Of a DNA stretch of 64,000 nt, positions 63,465 through 64,000 are shown in pieces (position 1 is the stretch's first letter; every line of letters starts with the position of its first letter). This DNA comes from Leidyana gryllorum EB-2025a (Eukaryota > Protista > Apicomplexa): NCBI GenBank assembly GCA_048772705.1, contig JBLWGC010000169.1, positions 124,001 through 188,000 of the forward strand, given 5' to 3'. Below the pieces are notes generated by a model. That model was not told the origin of the DNA, searched no databases, and saw only the letters and a list, made by a program, of their open reading frames with translations. The translations under genes were made by a program, and so were the position numbers.

Positions 63465-64000
63465 ATGTCCGCAATCGGGATGCCAGGCCACCTGTTGGCC
63501 TTATTTGCTCCCCGGCCGGCTTTGGAGAGGTTACCGGCGCCCAAACACAAGACGTACAAGCCGTATAGTGGTCTGGGAGATTTGACGAGTCTGTTCGAGA
63601 CTACAGCTCCCCCGCCGGTAGAGCCTTTCGAGCCTCCAAAGGAGCGGAAGGAGCGGCTGAAGAGAGAGAAGCAGAGTCAGGTGGCAGCGGAGTTGCGTGC
63701 GAAGATAGCCGAGTACGACCCGTTCAATGACCCCGAGAAAGTGAAGACGGCTGACCCCCGTAAGACGCTGTTCGTGGGGAGGCTTAGTTATGAGACCACT
63801 GAGAAGAAGCTGCTCAAGACGTTCGAAGCCTATGGCCCCGTACGCGATATTCGATTGGTCACCGACCGCGAAAATAAACCTCGAGGATATGCCTTTATAG
63901 AATTCAAGTCTTCGGACTCTCTCCGGTCGGCCTACCGAGACGCCATGGACAAACTCATCGACGGACGCAAAATCGTAGTCGATTACGAACGGGCGCGGAC
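63465..64000 (+). CDS. SNRNP70: U1 snRNP 70 kDa protein (5' part; runs off window end)
   Basis: Manual translation MSAIGMPGHLLALFAPRP..DPRKTLFVGRLSYETTEKKL..YGPVRDIRLV..KPRGYAFIEF..IDGRKIVVDYERART. Confidence 0.95.
   Translation, partial: MSAIGMPGHLLALFAPRPALERLPAPKHKTYKPYSGLGDLTSLFETTAPPPVEPFEPPKERKERLKREKQSQVAAELRAKIAEYDPFNDPEKVKTADPRKTLFVGRLSYETTEKKLLKTFEAYGPVRDIRLVTDRENKPRGYAFIEFKSSDSLRSAYRDAMDKLIDGRKIVVDYERAR

Noticed and set aside
1-64000. Alternative genetic code or stop read-through to explain broken ORFs
   Set aside because: Breaks in conserved genes coincide with GT..AG introns that restore the frame, and TAA, TAG and TGA all terminate genes.

Overview
Eukaryotic, very gene-dense protist DNA with about 25-28 protein genes in 64 kb and GT-AG introns, most 35-60 nt and some 150-1000 nt. 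An ApiAT/SLC43-like transporter, a LOTUS+OHA protein and an SLEN-type kinase point to an alveolate, probably an apicomplexan such as a gregarine. That assignment is inference, not a database result. Genes recognised from motifs after manual splicing: LOTUS/OHA protein, sodium:solute symporter, GT25-like glycosyltransferase, MLO-family protein with C-terminal EF-hand, PDE12/CCR4-like nuclease, Mpe1/RBBP6-like protein, ERCC6/CSB, Not3-N domain fused to SH3, formin, metacaspase, SmD1, MFS transporter, divergent kinase, META-domain secreted protein, DNA polymerase lambda, BAR-UBA protein, prenyltransferase alpha, P-loop kinase and U1-70K. No rRNA, tRNA, CRISPR or transposase was recognised. The most notable points are start/stop spacings of only 7-52 bp (including head-to-head ATGs 12-28 bp apart), the MLO-EF-hand and Not3-SH3 fusions, a META-domain gene, an isolated cluster of four AAACCCTAG motifs, and long introns filled with CA/TG/TGCA tracts and minisatellites. 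Exon boundaries were inferred by eye and need RNA-seq confirmation.
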